DNA of 63,974 nt, filler included, from Piptocephalis cylindrospora (taxonomy: Eukaryota): the NCBI GenBank assembly GCA_003614145.1. It is 4 parts of 4 records of this genome, joined end to end, with 100 filler letters (N's around TTAATTAATTAA, not from the genome) between each part and the next. Parts side by side here need not be neighbours in the genome. Positions count along the whole stretch, not along the records: positions 16,216 to 32,317 come from KZ987874.1; positions 32,418 to 48,462 come from KZ987876.1; 2 more parts are not named here. The stretch is one strand, 5' to 3'. Below the pieces are notes generated by a model. The model made no database searches, was not told the origin of the DNA, and saw nothing but the letters and a program-made list of their open reading frames with translations. The position numbers were made by a program, and so were the translations under genes. Position 1 is the first letter of the stretch, and each line of letters begins with the position of its first letter. Shown in pieces: positions 23,145 through 35,250 of this stretch.

Positions 23145-25058
23145 CTAGATAATATGAAGGGCACGGGTAGCATAGAAGCGCACATCGGCATCCGAATCTT
23201 GCTCAAGCTGACCAAGCATGGGTCGAAGCTTGTCGGCCACAGGGCCCTGAAGGACCTGATCACCCTTGACAACGGGGACAAGGGCCTCGAGGCACTTGGC
23301 CACATTGAATCGGATATTGGGAATGGGATCGTTGACGAGGCCATGGACGGCGGGAAGGACGTGGGACTCGATGGTCTGAGGGGACAGGACGGGAACGAGG
23401 GTGGCGAGGGCAAGGACAGTGGTCATCCTTCGGAGATAACCAGTCTGTTGAGTGGGACCATCTGCACCTTCTCCAGCCACACCACCTTCCTCTTCAGTCG
23501 CCGGAGAGGGCTCCTGAGGGGGGGTAGCGGCGGTGGCGGACCGAGGAATGGACTCGGCATGTACTCCCTCAAGGACTTCAGGGAGGATCTTTTCGGCAGC
23601 CCAATCGGACCCGAAGATCTCAGTGAGCTTGCGGAGGTTAAGGGTGGCGGCTTCACGGATGGAGTAGACAGGGTCAGAGAGCCATGCGAGACATAGACCA
23701 CGGAGCTGAGCATTGAAGAACTCCACGCCGAGTTGTCGGGAAAGCAGAGGGATGTACTCGATGATGGCAAGACGAACACGCCATTGCTTATCCTCAGCCA
23801 GCTCAACAATGGCTGGGAGGAGGGACTGGGCAAGGAGCTCAACACCAATGACCTCGTTGACCTGGTCCATCTTGGAGATGATGGCCAGACGGACATCGGG
23901 GGAATCATCTCGCAGGAGACGAAGGAAGAGGGGAAGAAGATGCTCAATGGTGGCCTCCTTTCCAAGGACCGGGGAGAGTCCAGGAACCTGACCGGCCAGG
24001 GCGCTACGGACATGCTGGGCCGTGTCGGACACGAGATCCTGGAGGTTGGGGAGAAGACGCTCCAAAGTAACCTGAGAACCAACGAGCTTTCCGAAACCGG
24101 GGATTTGGGAGCAGGCGGCGACACGGACTTCGGCCTCATTATCACGGAGAAGGGAAGCGTAGACGGCGACCAGGTCGGATTGGACAATATCGGGACCGGC
24201 GGCGGTGGCAAGGGCGACAAAACGTTCGGCAATCATGAAGCGAACCCTCCAGGAGGAATCAGAGCACAAGGATCTCAGGGCCTGAAGGAGATACTGAGAG
24301 GTACCCTCCGAGCCCAGAAGGTTGGACAGGGCAATGAGAACGGGAATGGTGAGAAGACGGACAGAATCCTGGGAATCGGTGGTGAGACGGTCAAAGAGCG
24401 GAAGGAGAGAGGAAATGGCAACTTCCTTGTCGACATGAGGGACAAGGTCGGCGAGGTTGGTGGCAGCGGCACGACGGACCATGGGAGTCTCATCGGTGCA
24501 TAAGCCGCTGTAGGCACGGACAAGTTCGGTACGGATGGTCTCATCGGTGATCTGGCTGTAGGCCGAGGTGTAAAGACCGCAAGCGGAGGTGCGAGCGGTG
24601 AACCACTCACCCTCGGTGAGTCGACGGACGAGGGGAAGCAGGTGCTCCTCGGCCTGGAGGGGCGTGGTGAAGGTAGAGGCGATGCGGTTGAGGGAGATAA
24701 CGGCCTTTTCCCGTACAATGGTCTCTTCCTGGGTGGCTAGGCCCTCGAGGGGAGTTAAGAGGTTATGAGCGTGTTCCCCACCGCCCGTGCAGTCCACAAG
24801 ACCTCCCAGTTCCTCGGCCAAGGCCACGAGGACCTCGTCATCGTCGTCCACTGAGTCCTCCAGAAAGGGGATGAGCTCATCCCTGGCCCGCTCGGGACCC
24901 AGGGCCAAGGCAATGGTGGAGAGACGACGGATGGCGTTGAGACGTAGCACGACATCCTCGGCCTTCAGCTCGTCCATGAGGACGGCAATGGGATACAGGG
25001 CATCGGGAGAAGTGTCTGTCGAGGCGTGGGTCGGATCCGTGGCGTATTCAGGATTCAT
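23145..25058 (-). CDS. TPD3: Protein phosphatase 2A scaffold A subunit (HEAT repeats)
   Basis: Motifs LYPIAVLMDELK, RLNAIRRLSTIALALGPERARDELIP, LAEDKQWRVRLAIIEYIPLL and DPIPNIRFNVAK. Confidence 0.97.
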   Translation of the reverse strand: MNPEYATDPTHASTDTSPDALYPIAVLMDELKAEDVVLRLNAIRRLSTIALALGPERARDELIPFLEDSVDDDDEVLVALAEELGGLVDCTGGGEHAHNLLTPLEGLATQEETIVREKAVISLNRIASTFTTPLQAEEHLLPLVRRLTEGEWFTARTSACGLYTSAYSQITDETIRTELVRAYSGLCTDETPMVRRAAATNLADLVPHVDKEVAISSLLPLFDRLTTDSQDSVRLLTIPVLIALSNLLGSEGTSQYLLQALRSLCSDSSWRVRFMIAERFVALATAAGPDIVQSDLVAVYASLLRDNEAEVRVAACSQIPGFGKLVGSQVTLERLLPNLQDLVSDTAQHVRSALAGQVPGLSPVLGKEATIEHLLPLFLRLLRDDSPDVRLAIISKMDQVNEVIGVELLAQSLLPAIVELAEDKQWRVRLAIIEYIPLLSRQLGVEFFNAQLRGLCLAWLSDPVYSIREAATLNLRKLTEIFGSDWAAEKILPEVLEGVHAESIPRSATAATPPQEPSPATEEEGGVAGEGADGPTQQTGYLRRMTTVLALATLVPVLSPQTIESHVLPAVHGLVNDPIPNIRFNVAKCLEALVPVVKGDQVLQGPVADKLRPMLGQLEQDSDADVRFYATRALHII

Positions 25059-26362
25059 TGTTATGAGCGAGAAGGATGGGGGGAGATCGGTTGGGTCAAC
25101 GAGAGAGGAGGAAGAGAGAGAGGAAGAGGAAGGGATAGAAGAACAGGTCGAAGAGAATCGGGGTGAGCTGGGTCAAGGAGGATGGGATGGGCGATGGGGT
25201 GGGTTAGAGGTGGATGGATGGATGGAGAAGTAGGATGGGTGGAGAAGCAGGATGGATGGATGGATGGATGAGGAGGATGGGAATTGGAGTGGGAAGGGGC
25301 GGGGAAAGGGTGTGTGATGATGGTTGTAGTGGGGTGTAATGTTGACCGGAGTGTGGGAGTGATGTGTGCGTGTGCGTACTTGCGTGGAGGAAGGAAGGGC
25401 GTTAGAGGTTTGGGCGGACCCCATCACATCCCCAAGCCGTGTGGAGGGAAGCTGGCGTGTGTGTGAAGGGGCTGGGAGCCTAGGGAGGAGGGGGGGAAAG
25501 CGCGCGGAAGCACGGGCGGAGTAAGCGCACAACCCTTGGAGGAGAGGGGGCGGAGGATGCGGTCTTGACGAGGATGTGCGGAGGGAATCATGGGTGCGAC
25601 AACGATGGAACGGGCAGTGTGTGAGTGCAGAAGAGGTGAGGTGGAGGAGATGATGATTCACAGACCAGATATGATGTGGACTTAGTCTAGTATAGTGTGG
25701 AATTCAGGAAAGAGCCACCAAGGTGAAAGCTTATCGACGGAGTAGTCAGGATTCGGTGGAAAGATCTTTTGCACTAATGCCATCTCCCTTGCAGGTCAAC
25801 ATGATGATCATGGATGAATGGTCTGGAAGTACGAAGCGACAGTCCCAGTGACCTACTCTTCCTCGAGATACAAAACATGTAGAAAGCCCCAGGCAAGGCT
25901 CAAAATGTCCAAGGAGAATGGGCAGCAACTCGGGGAAAAGGCCTATCAAGACGGGATGTTGGATGAACAACTGAACTGTTACACATTCATTCTCCCTCCT
26001 TCGTGGATGTAATAGGGACCATCATTGACAAAAAAATGTCGATACTCCTGAAAAGATGGATAAAACAAGCATGTGGCACTCCCAGCACAAATTGGAGGTG
26101 TGTGGGATTGTATATGTGTTGATGGCACTGTGGCGAGTGTTATTCTATTGATGCACACTGTTCTGGTCATCCATATGCAGACACGCTCATACTTAAGCGA
26201 GCGTACTTGATTGAGAGAGGGAGGAACAGTCCGAACCACACTGCCTCCCACTCTCCTCTTAAACTTTAGCTCCCGTCGTCTTCTCCCAACCCCATACCTT
26301 GTCGATCACCATCCCTCTTTCATCAGTCTCTTCCCCTTTTCTTCAACCCACATACCCCCAAC

Positions 26363-27566
26363 ATGGTTACCTCCTCGGCTGCTTCAGTCTCAAAGGAGAA
26401 CATGCTTCAGTTGCTCGACGACTACGTGGATAGTAAGTGGACTAAGGATCTTACCTCCCAGGTCTTCATCTCACATCCCCCCCAGCCTTAGAGTCCTTAC
26501 CTTTGGAATTGCAGAGAAATTACACGTATATTCAGCAGGTGGATGCACAGGCACAAGGTAAGCGAGGAAGATGCAGAAGACGTGTGTGGTGATCTCCTGC
26601 ATCCTCTCATGCCTTTCCATCGTAGATAAACTTCACGACCTGGAGGACAAGGTTAAACAGTCCGTCCCTACCCTCCACACCCTGTCCAACCAGGAGAAGG
26701 AGGAGCTCTTCCGGCAGTTGTCCACCTCTTTGGATGGACTTGTGCAGCACGGGCAGGAAAAGCTCACGGTAGCCACGCAAACGTACGACATGGTGGATCG
26801 GCACTGTCGGAAGCTGGATGACGATTTGAACCGACTAGAGGATGAGCAATTTCATGGAAAGGGGGTTCCGGGCAAGGAGGGTGGAGTGCGCAAATCCCAT
26901 GGGAGCACCACCTCATCTTCAGCTGCGACTTCGACTTCCTCAAGCGGAGCAGGAGTGAGCAATACAGGTCGGGGAGGGACAAGCGGTTCGGGGGCCACGC
27001 CAAAAAGCACAAGTAGGAAACGCAAAATGGATACTGGGGGGGGCACCACCGCTGCTACCACTGGATCCTCCGTGGCATCGGGAGCGGCCTCTGGATCAGC
27101 AATCCGACCTTTGGTCTCCTCCTCTGCCGCCACAGCAGCAGTCTCTACGCCCCTTCCTTCCTCCATTGCCCTCACCTCTACCCCCGCCACCACCGCTACC
27201 ACCACCGCCCCCACCCCCTCCTCCTCCTCCTCCTCGGGTCTGGGGACGGCGAGAAAGGATGGGAAGAAAAAGTCACACAAGAAAAAGGAGACGGATACGG
27301 CCTCCTCCGGGGCCGTCAGCACCTCGGACGTCATTGCCCTCTCCAAGGAACGGGCCGAGATGCTCTCGGTGGGGGCAGACATGGAGATTGACAAGGATGA
27401 GCCTCGGTACTGCATCTGTCATCAAGTATCCTATGGCGAGATGGTCGGGTGTGATGGGGAGGACTGTGAGATCGAGTGGTTCCACTACGAGTGTGTCGGT
27501 CTCACCACCAAGCCTAAGGGTGATTGGTATTGTCCGGATTGTCTGAAGAAGCGAAATCGGAAGTGA
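26363..27566 (+). CDS. ING-family PHD-finger chromatin protein (Yng2/Pho23-like), 3 exons
   Basis: N-terminal [19 protein letters not shown] after splicing. PHD finger [35 protein letters not shown]...WYCPDC. Confidence 0.93.
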
Positions 27567-28435
27567 GGCGTGTGTCCGTATGTACAATGGGTCATGCATC
27601 CATGAAAACAGGGTATGGAATGAATTGAGACGAGATGGGATGGGATGGGATGGGGCAGGAATGGAATATATGTATGATCAGGCATGGACTTGATCCTGTT
27701 ATTAAGCCCTGTCCAGAGAAAATGGGTATCCTCTTAACATTAACATTACCATTGTCAAACCCTTTCACATACTAATAATAATACTCCTTCCACACACAAA
27801 ATTCGTGGGGGTAGTAGGAGCGATTGAGTTTAAAAATCTCACTAAACCACACGATAATAGCGCAATAAAACGGGTCGTAGTATTTTGATCTAATTTAATC
27901 CCGTTCCGCATACACAATTCATCCCGTTCAACCAAAAATGGCAGGAATGGCTCCCTTCTTCACTTGGCTAGGGACGCGCGCATGTGTCTTCCGACAAGGC
28001 GCAGATCCTTTTCTTCATCACTGGGCTTCACATGTGGTAGGATCGTCCAGTCAGGCTCTCCCAGCGGGATCTCCATGCCAGATTACCTGTAGGGAAGGGA
28101 GGAGTAGCTCTCACACAGCAATGCTTCTCATTTGGGAGGGCGCTATCCTGTCCTTCCCCCATTGGCCTCTCCAGTGATCACTTGATTCCTCCTACCCCCA
28201 TTTTAACGAAAGTACCCCCGAGAAATGATCCAATGAAGGTCTCATCAGGGGATGCATGGAGAGGAGGTGCTTGAGAAGGAGAATGAACATAAGGAAAGTG
28301 TGGAAGCAATCCTTCCCCCCCTGGCCCCTCCATTTTTCCTTGTTTCCCCCTCCTCCCTCTCCTCCATACTTGCCTTTTGTAAGTATCGCCTTGCAAGTCA
28401 TCACATCGCCTCATCCCCAGTACCCTCCAGCCACC

Positions 28436-29480
28436 ATGCTTCACTCTGTCAGACACAAAGGCCATTGCAAGGTTGGGGAACATGAGGGCTCCAATCCCAC
28501 TCAACTTTACTATGAGGTCCATGGGTCCGGACCACACAAGATCCTCTTCATCATGGGTAAATTACCTAGTCCCTGTCCCGCCTCATGACTGGATCCACCC
28601 CACACTCACCACTCTTATCCCATCCTAGGTCTATGTGTGACGGGGGATGCTTGGGAAGAACAGGTTAAATACTTTGTCGGCTTGGGCGACTTTACCGTAT
28701 GCATCTTTGATAACCGTGGAGTGGGCAAGTCCGGTACTACCAAAGGCCCCTATAGCACATCGGGCATGGCCATGGACACCCGGGACCTCCTGAATCATCT
28801 GGGCTGGACTGCTGATGTCCACATCGTTGGCATGAGTCTCGGTGGTATGATTGCCCTGGAGATAGCCTCGGCCGCCCCCCCAGGCCTCCTCAAATCCCTG
28901 ACTCTGACTTCGACCCATGCGGGTCTGACCGTCCCCCCAGTCTACGGTGCCTTTGCCTCCCTCCGGGCCATGTTCATTGGTGATGTCCAGAGGCGCTTTG
29001 AGATCAACGCTGACATCCTCTATCCCCAGGAGTGGTTGAAACGCCCTTGCCCTGCCGATTCTCCTTACGTTGTCCGACGGGAGGAAGTGGTTCATGTAAG
29101 TCCTTCCATGCTCCATCATAGGAGATTCCCGCTCATCCTCCCTTCCCTGCCTGACCTAGGTCATGAAGCAAAGATTCATTCATAGCCCAGTCCAGCCAAC
29201 GGGAGGAACCCTCGGTCAGCTGAGTGCAGTCCTTCGGCATCATATTGGCAAGGGAAGACTCTCTAAGATCCGGGATGCGCCATACCCCGTTCTGGTCCTC
29301 ACGGGTGCGGAGGATAACCTGATCCGTCCTTCCAACTCCAGGTATCTAGCTGGCCAACTTGACGGCCAACTCGAGGTCTACAGTGGAGCCGGCCATGCTC
29401 TTCCGTACCAAGAGGCCGATCGGTACAATCAGACCCTCCTCACCTTTTTCCGCAAGGCCGAGGGACAGGAAGTGAAATGA
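28436..29480 (+). CDS. Alpha/beta-hydrolase fold protein, 3 exons
   Basis: Motifs LYYEVHGSGP, FDNRGVGKS, nucleophile GMSLGG, GAEDNLI and GAGHAL. Confidence 0.9.
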
Positions 29481-29635
29481 GATCTTGTCTTTTGACTTGC
29501 AAATCCCCTTCATATCTCTCTCTCTGTTCCCGCTTCGTTGTCCATTCTCATTCAAATACATCCTAGTCATCCAACACGACCTTTCTACCAGGTGCAAAAA
29601 TTCATTTTCCGAGAGTATGTATTATATAAACCCCT

Positions 29636-31843
29636 TCATTTCCCTCCTTCCTTCCCGATACATCGTAGACCTTGGATGAGAATGGAGGAAAAAGAATCAA
29701 ACGTCCGATCGTCCCTTCCACGTACACACCACACCTCCACCCTCCATCCCTCCCCTGTCTGAGATAAGAGGAGGATAACTATTTTCAACGGTTCCTTGGG
29801 TAAAATGGGCGGGTGATGATCGTGATGAGAGGTGCTGGATCCATCCATAATTCCTTCCTCCTCCCTTCTTCTTTTTCTTCTTTTGGCCTGCCTAGTCCAG
29901 GTAATCTCCTCAATTTGCCCAATCCATAAATGCTCCTTCCATCCCCGTATCTCCTGCACTCCCCATCCACGCAGCTCCCTCACCTTCCATTCCTCAATCG
30001 CTCTTTCTTGAACCCAACGATGGATAACCAATGGGTTCTTCAGCTCAGGGATAAAGACCCAGGAGGTGTATGGCCTGGTTGGAAGCAAATGTACGGTTTT
30101 GTGACTTACTTCTGGAAGGAGCGTCTGAAGGGGTGGTGTATGTCATGTCAGAGTTGTTACCATCCACCTCTCCTCATCTCCCACCATAAACCCGTCCTTA
30201 CCGTAATGGGTCTGTCCTCGCTAAAGGACCACGCAATCACCCACCGATGAGTTCGCCCCATTCCGATGTCCCCTAAGGTAAAGGAATCCACCTGGGTATA
30301 GGATATGATGGCATAAGTCATTGTCCAGAAAGGATATGAAATGCTTTCATCCCAATCTCATAGACACACTTACCCCGTGCTCTTTAAATGTGAGGATCAT
30401 ATCCACCATGGTCTCTCGCTTCCCCACCATCGTGGTGAACCATCGAACTTTCCCAGCCAGCCTTCTACTTTCACATATCATTCGGTGTACAAAAGCCCTT
30501 TCACCTCCGACCGTGATAAGTTCATGATCCCGACCCGTGATGGGCTAAAGGCGGGAGGAAGGGGGGGAAAGGTTGTGATGAGTAGAGCACTTGGGACACC
30601 AACAAGGTAAGATCTTTCCCTCACTCACAGCAGCAGGTTGCCCTAATTTGGTCTCTTGAGCAAGGATCAGATCTTCCCAGGAAGAATAAAATGGCGGGTT
30701 ACACATGCAAAAGTCGTACCTATGAAAAGTGGAGTGTCATGAAATGACATATACATCAGGAAGACAGAGTAGTAAACCTACCGAATGGCTTCATCCTTGA
30801 TCATTTCCACAGGGAGTGTACTCAAGGGAGAAGTACGGACCAGACGTATTTGACCTTGCAGATCATTGGCGTTGACATTGGCCCTAGCGCACTCCAGAGA
30901 TTCCTCAGATATATCTACAGTAAATTGAGTAAGATGGGATGCGAGAGGAGGAATAGGACAAGCAGAAACTGACCCGTAGCTAAGAAAGAGAGGTTCGGGT
31001 TGCGTCGACAAGCCATCAGTGGATAGATGCATGTGGCCCCGGTCCCTCTAATAGGAGGTACAAAGAGGACATTAAGCAAGGAGAGACGAGCAAAGCCTTC
31101 TCTATACAACGTACATGTCCAAACCCTGAAGTGGATGGGAAGAGGACCTGGTAGGATTTGAGGCCATCTGGTCCATGAGCCTCATCAACCGCTCAATCCA
31201 CATCACGTAACATACTCTACGTAGCATCAGTCATAGTTCAATGAGGATAATACAGTACAATCATTCAAAGATCCTCACCTATTGGGGATCTTTAGATAGA
31301 GACAGGAGAGAAGGGCTAATAGTCAATAAGGATCATCATCACCACTACCGCCACTCCTTCTTCCACTGCCACACCCCTTACCTTGGGACATAGACTGGCC
31401 TTGGGAATATGAACAGAAAGATGGTAATATTCTTTGAGTGTAACCTCTGCCAACAATCTATCCACAGGACACGAATAGGATAAGCTTTTGTATGGCACAT
31501 CTTGGAGGATGGCTCCTTACCGATTGGCCTCTGGATCCGTATAATTCAACGTGTAGCTGCCATCCTGTCGGCGAACCACGCTAGGAAAATGGGGATGGAA
31601 AGGTTGGATTTAGAGGAAGAAAAGTATTGGAATAAGATGACCTTACAATGGACCAAGGGCTGGATATCGATCACTCAACGCCTTAATATGGACCACTAAC
31701 GGGTCCATGGACGCCATATGAGGTGGACAAAGCGAGTCATCGAGAGTAGGTTCAATGGCCATCGGTGTCGAAGATGTGTCATCTCGCTCGGATACCTTAG
31801 AGTGATGTAGCCCTGGAAGAGCAAGACGTTTTCGGTGTGACAT
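29636..31843 (-). CDS. METTL16: METTL16/RlmF-family RNA m6A methyltransferase, multi-exon
   Basis: Motifs SLCPK, GTGATCIYPL, DFCMCNPPFY, GRTHRWVIAWSF and TWTRQAKRR, spread over several exons. Confidence 0.85.
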
Positions 31844-32089
31844 GTCAATCTGAAACTATGGACAAGGGAAAAGAAAGGAAAGGGAAGAAGTGATTACATT
31901 GAATCTTTTATTGATAAACAAAGCCTGGAAAGGGTCCAAGGCCAAAAAGCGGGGTGAGACGGTCTTTCCCTCCTAGCTTCCTCCTCCAACACCACTCCAT
32001 AGCATGTCCAACCCAATTCGTTCCGCCTCTACCCTGAGGAAGGAAAGGACTCCTAGGGCTCATCCCCCCGCCTCTCGAGCCTCGCAGCC

Positions 32090-32317
32090 TCATCCAGTGA
32101 CTTCACCTCCCTTCTTTAGTGGGCATGCCGACCCAGCCCATCGTCTGGACCATGACCATGTCCTAGTCCATCTAGAAAGAGAGTTGGCAAGACTAGATGG
32201 TATTGCCACCCGTGGAGACACCATGGCCTTTGGTAGGTCGATGTAATGACTCATAACCTGCATCTTGCGGCTCAGCTTACTCCATCCCACTTTATCCAGG
32301 AAGAAACTCACATGTAC
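32090..32317 (-). CDS. Possible terminal exon of an unknown gene cut by the contig end
   Basis: A gtgagt...atgcag intron-like segment is followed by about 55 open codons. No motif was recognised. Confidence 0.25.
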   Translation of the reverse strand, partial: VHVSFFLDKVGWSKLSRKMQVMSHYIDLPKAMVSPRVAIPSSLANSLSRWTRTWSWSRRWAGSACPLKKGGEVTG

Positions 32318-32417
32318 NNNNNNNNNNNNNNNNNNNNNNNNNNNNNNNNNNNNNNNNNNNNTTAATTAATTAANNNNNNNNNNNNNNNNNNNNNNNNNNN
32401 NNNNNNNNNNNNNNNNN
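32318..32417. other. Artificial contig linker
   Basis: N44-TTAATTAATTAA-N44. Confidence 0.97.
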
Positions 32418-34269
32418 AAGAGGTCCAAAGACGTTAATGCTATGGGGAAGGGGGAGGGGGAAGGAGAGGACTGGCGTGTAGATTAGAGCGAATCGTTGTG
32501 GCAATGAGGTGAGCGGCATAGATGGCCCGAGGAAGGGTGTGGGGTGAGAATGGGACGAACGAGGCCGACAACTCCGCCTTGCGCCTGCTCCATTACCGTA
32601 TCCTGGATGATGACTACTATGCCCATCCTGGATGATGGATGCTTAGACCAGGCCAGGTCGAGATGGAAAAATAAAAGAAAATATCAATCCATGTTATTGA
32701 CCAAAATTTACATTTGGTGATGATTAGGGTCTCCAATGGAAGCATAATCAACCGCTCTATTATTATTAAGAGAGCAAGAGTGAAGGAAGACAAAGTGGGC
32801 GTGTCGACAGGTAGATTAGCTTCTAGCACCTTGCAAAGATAAGGGAGATCACACGATAAAGCCTTGGAGTAGCAATAGAATTGATTTTCCTGGGACCCTA
32901 TTAGTGCACCCTGGGCTCACTACTCACCCTGATGAATTCCACATCACAGCAATAAAGAATAGTGTCTTCGAGAAGGGAACAATGGGTGTTTCAAAAGTGC
33001 AAAAATGGGTATGGGCCATCGAGCATGGGGGTGCCATGAGGGAGGGTATAGAGGACCCGGTAATTCTCCCATACGGCCCTCTCTCCACCTCAATACCAGG
33101 AGTAATTCCATTGTATCTAATTCTATGCCCCTCCTAATAGAGATAGGAATAAGATATTCTACTTACCTATCCTCTGACGAGCTGACTTTAAAAATGGGAT
33201 GAAGAAGAGCTGAGACTCCTCCTCTGTGGTGGCGGAGGGTGTGACGAGGACGGACAAGAGGATAAATTAAAATTTCGGCCCCGAGCATCATCCCTTACCG
33301 GCCCACATCATGCTTCATTCGGAAAGGCCTTGTTTGGCGATCTGGACAGTGAGCCCACATGGTATGTCTCGTTGGCTGGGTCAGACGGCCCATCCAGTAC
33401 CCCCAACATAGATAGGTCATGGGAAGGGAGTTTAGGAAGCGGGGGAGGCGGTGGATTCTAGTTGTTACCTACCTCCTGGAAGTGCATTACCGATGGAGAT
33501 ATCGCTGATTCTTGGAGATAAAAGATGAGCGCATACACTAACTAAGGAAGAATATACGCACCGGGTTGAGGGATCTTCTGGTACCTGTCACATTCTCCCT
33601 TCTAGAAACAGTCTCCTGTTCGAGTGAAAAGTTCCATGGAGAGGAATAGACTAGGCAATGCTTGCCTATCCACTCTCCCTTAGATCCACAGTTTGGATAG
33701 ATGAGATATGGAGGCCATAATTAGCTTGGCCTGACTGCATGCTGCTCGTAGGCCCGCCAACATCACCACAGAAGCCGCAGCTGCGCCCGCACCGCCCTCC
33801 TTACTGATCGTGGACTTGCACATGACTATTGCCTGGGATGCATCCATCCATGTACCACGTTACGCTGGCGGGACAAAGAGAGGCGTGACCTGGGAAGATG
33901 GATCAAGTGAGCCTCCAAGTCCCCTACCCTCCTCTCCTCCTTCTCTTATCTCTTTGTGAAAGAAAGAGCGAGTCACCCTGGCCCTCTCTGTACACGGTGA
34001 AGCGATGCGTGTGAATACATTTGGCTTTATTAAAGTGTAAAGGGAAAATGAAAGGAAAAAAGAATTGCATTGATTGTATGAGAAGAACGGGAAAAAGAGA
34101 GACGGAAATGAAAATGAAAATGAAAGGAACCTGAGAAAAGAGGAAAGAGAAAGATGATGACGACGAAAAGGGAAAGGGAAGGGAGGTAGAAGGGAGAGGG
34201 CTGAAGTGAAAGTGAAAGGAAAAAATGAAGAATAGAAAAGGAGAGGAGGGCAGGTTGGCCCAGCCCTAC

Positions 34270-35250
34270 TTAGTCCCGCGGCTTGTTGGCCACATAGATG
34301 GAAATGTTCCAAAAGGACCGGTACTGATCTACCTCGACGGTGTACTCATTGAACAAGGTTTCAAGATCTTCCTCAGACAGAGAGGCATTCTGAGCAAGGA
34401 TGACAGGCTTGGCTCTCTCGAGGATGTCCATAACGGATCTTAGAGCCGTTTTTCCGACGCGGCCTCCCCAAGAGCCGAGAGGGATGCTGATGATGTGCCG
34501 GTTGATGTCTTGGAAACCCGCACGATTCATGCATTTGCCAATTTGAGAGACAACTCTCCTGGATTTCCTGGCATCGAGTAGCACGCTAGTTTCAATGATA
34601 CTCTGGATGCGTTGGGTGTTTGGACCCTGTCGACACGTCAGTCCCGAGGTCTCGACCACTTCGATGGTCGCTCCGGGCTGACAAACGCGGAATGCCTCAG
34701 AAAAATACTCATCCCAATCTAGGTTTGGGGCCCCAACATAGAGGAAGCGATGGAAGAGAAAGTCAAAGCTATCATCTGGGAAGGGAAGGCCCTCCTGGAC
34801 ATCGGCCTCAACAATGTGGAAACGACCAGATGCAATAGAGCTAGGGATGAACTCGGTGGTTTGGTCAATGCCCGTACACTGCGCGTTTTTGTAGAGATCT
34901 CCTGCCTCCATGAGCCAAATGCCCGACCCACATCCTACATCCAGGATGGATCGGGGTCCACTGGGAGGGAGGGGCATGGGAGATAGATGAATCTGACCCC
35001 CGAGGACATGCTTGATCATGTAATGCTGTTCATTGAGTCGATCAATCTCGGGGATCCCCTCTTGAATGATTGAACGGGGCATGCATGTGTCGTCAGAGAG
35101 GCTTGACTGAAAAGACGTGTCATCTTCATTGGACATCCATCCAAGAAAGCTCGAGGCATCCTCCTCCACCGATGATCCCTCCGGATGAAGGGATGATCTA
35201 TCACTTCTTGTGCTGGGGATGGTGACGGGAGTGGGGTTTGGGGTGGTCAT
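34270..35250 (-). CDS. Class I SAM-dependent methyltransferase (LaeA/TAM-like fungal family)
   Basis: Motifs EIDRLNEQHY, ILDVGCGSGIW, GLPFPDDSFDF, RVCQPG and IPLGSWGG. Confidence 0.9.
   Translation of the reverse strand: MTTPNPTPVTIPSTRSDRSSLHPEGSSVEEDASSFLGWMSNEDDTSFQSSLSDDTCMPRSIIQEGIPEIDRLNEQHYMIKHVLGGQIHLSPMPLPPSGPRSILDVGCGSGIWLMEAGDLYKNAQCTGIDQTTEFIPSSIASGRFHIVEADVQEGLPFPDDSFDFLFHRFLYVGAPNLDWDEYFSEAFRVCQPGATIEVVETSGLTCRQGPNTQRIQSIIETSVLLDARKSRRVVSQIGKCMNRAGFQDINRHIISIPLGSWGGRVGKTALRSVMDILERAKPVILAQNASLSEEDLETLFNEYTVEVDQYRSFWNISIYVANKPRD

Noticed and set aside
23154..25233. Long antisense and alternative-frame ORFs over PP2A-A and other genes
   Set aside because: These are shadows of GC3-biased coding sequence and carry no motifs.
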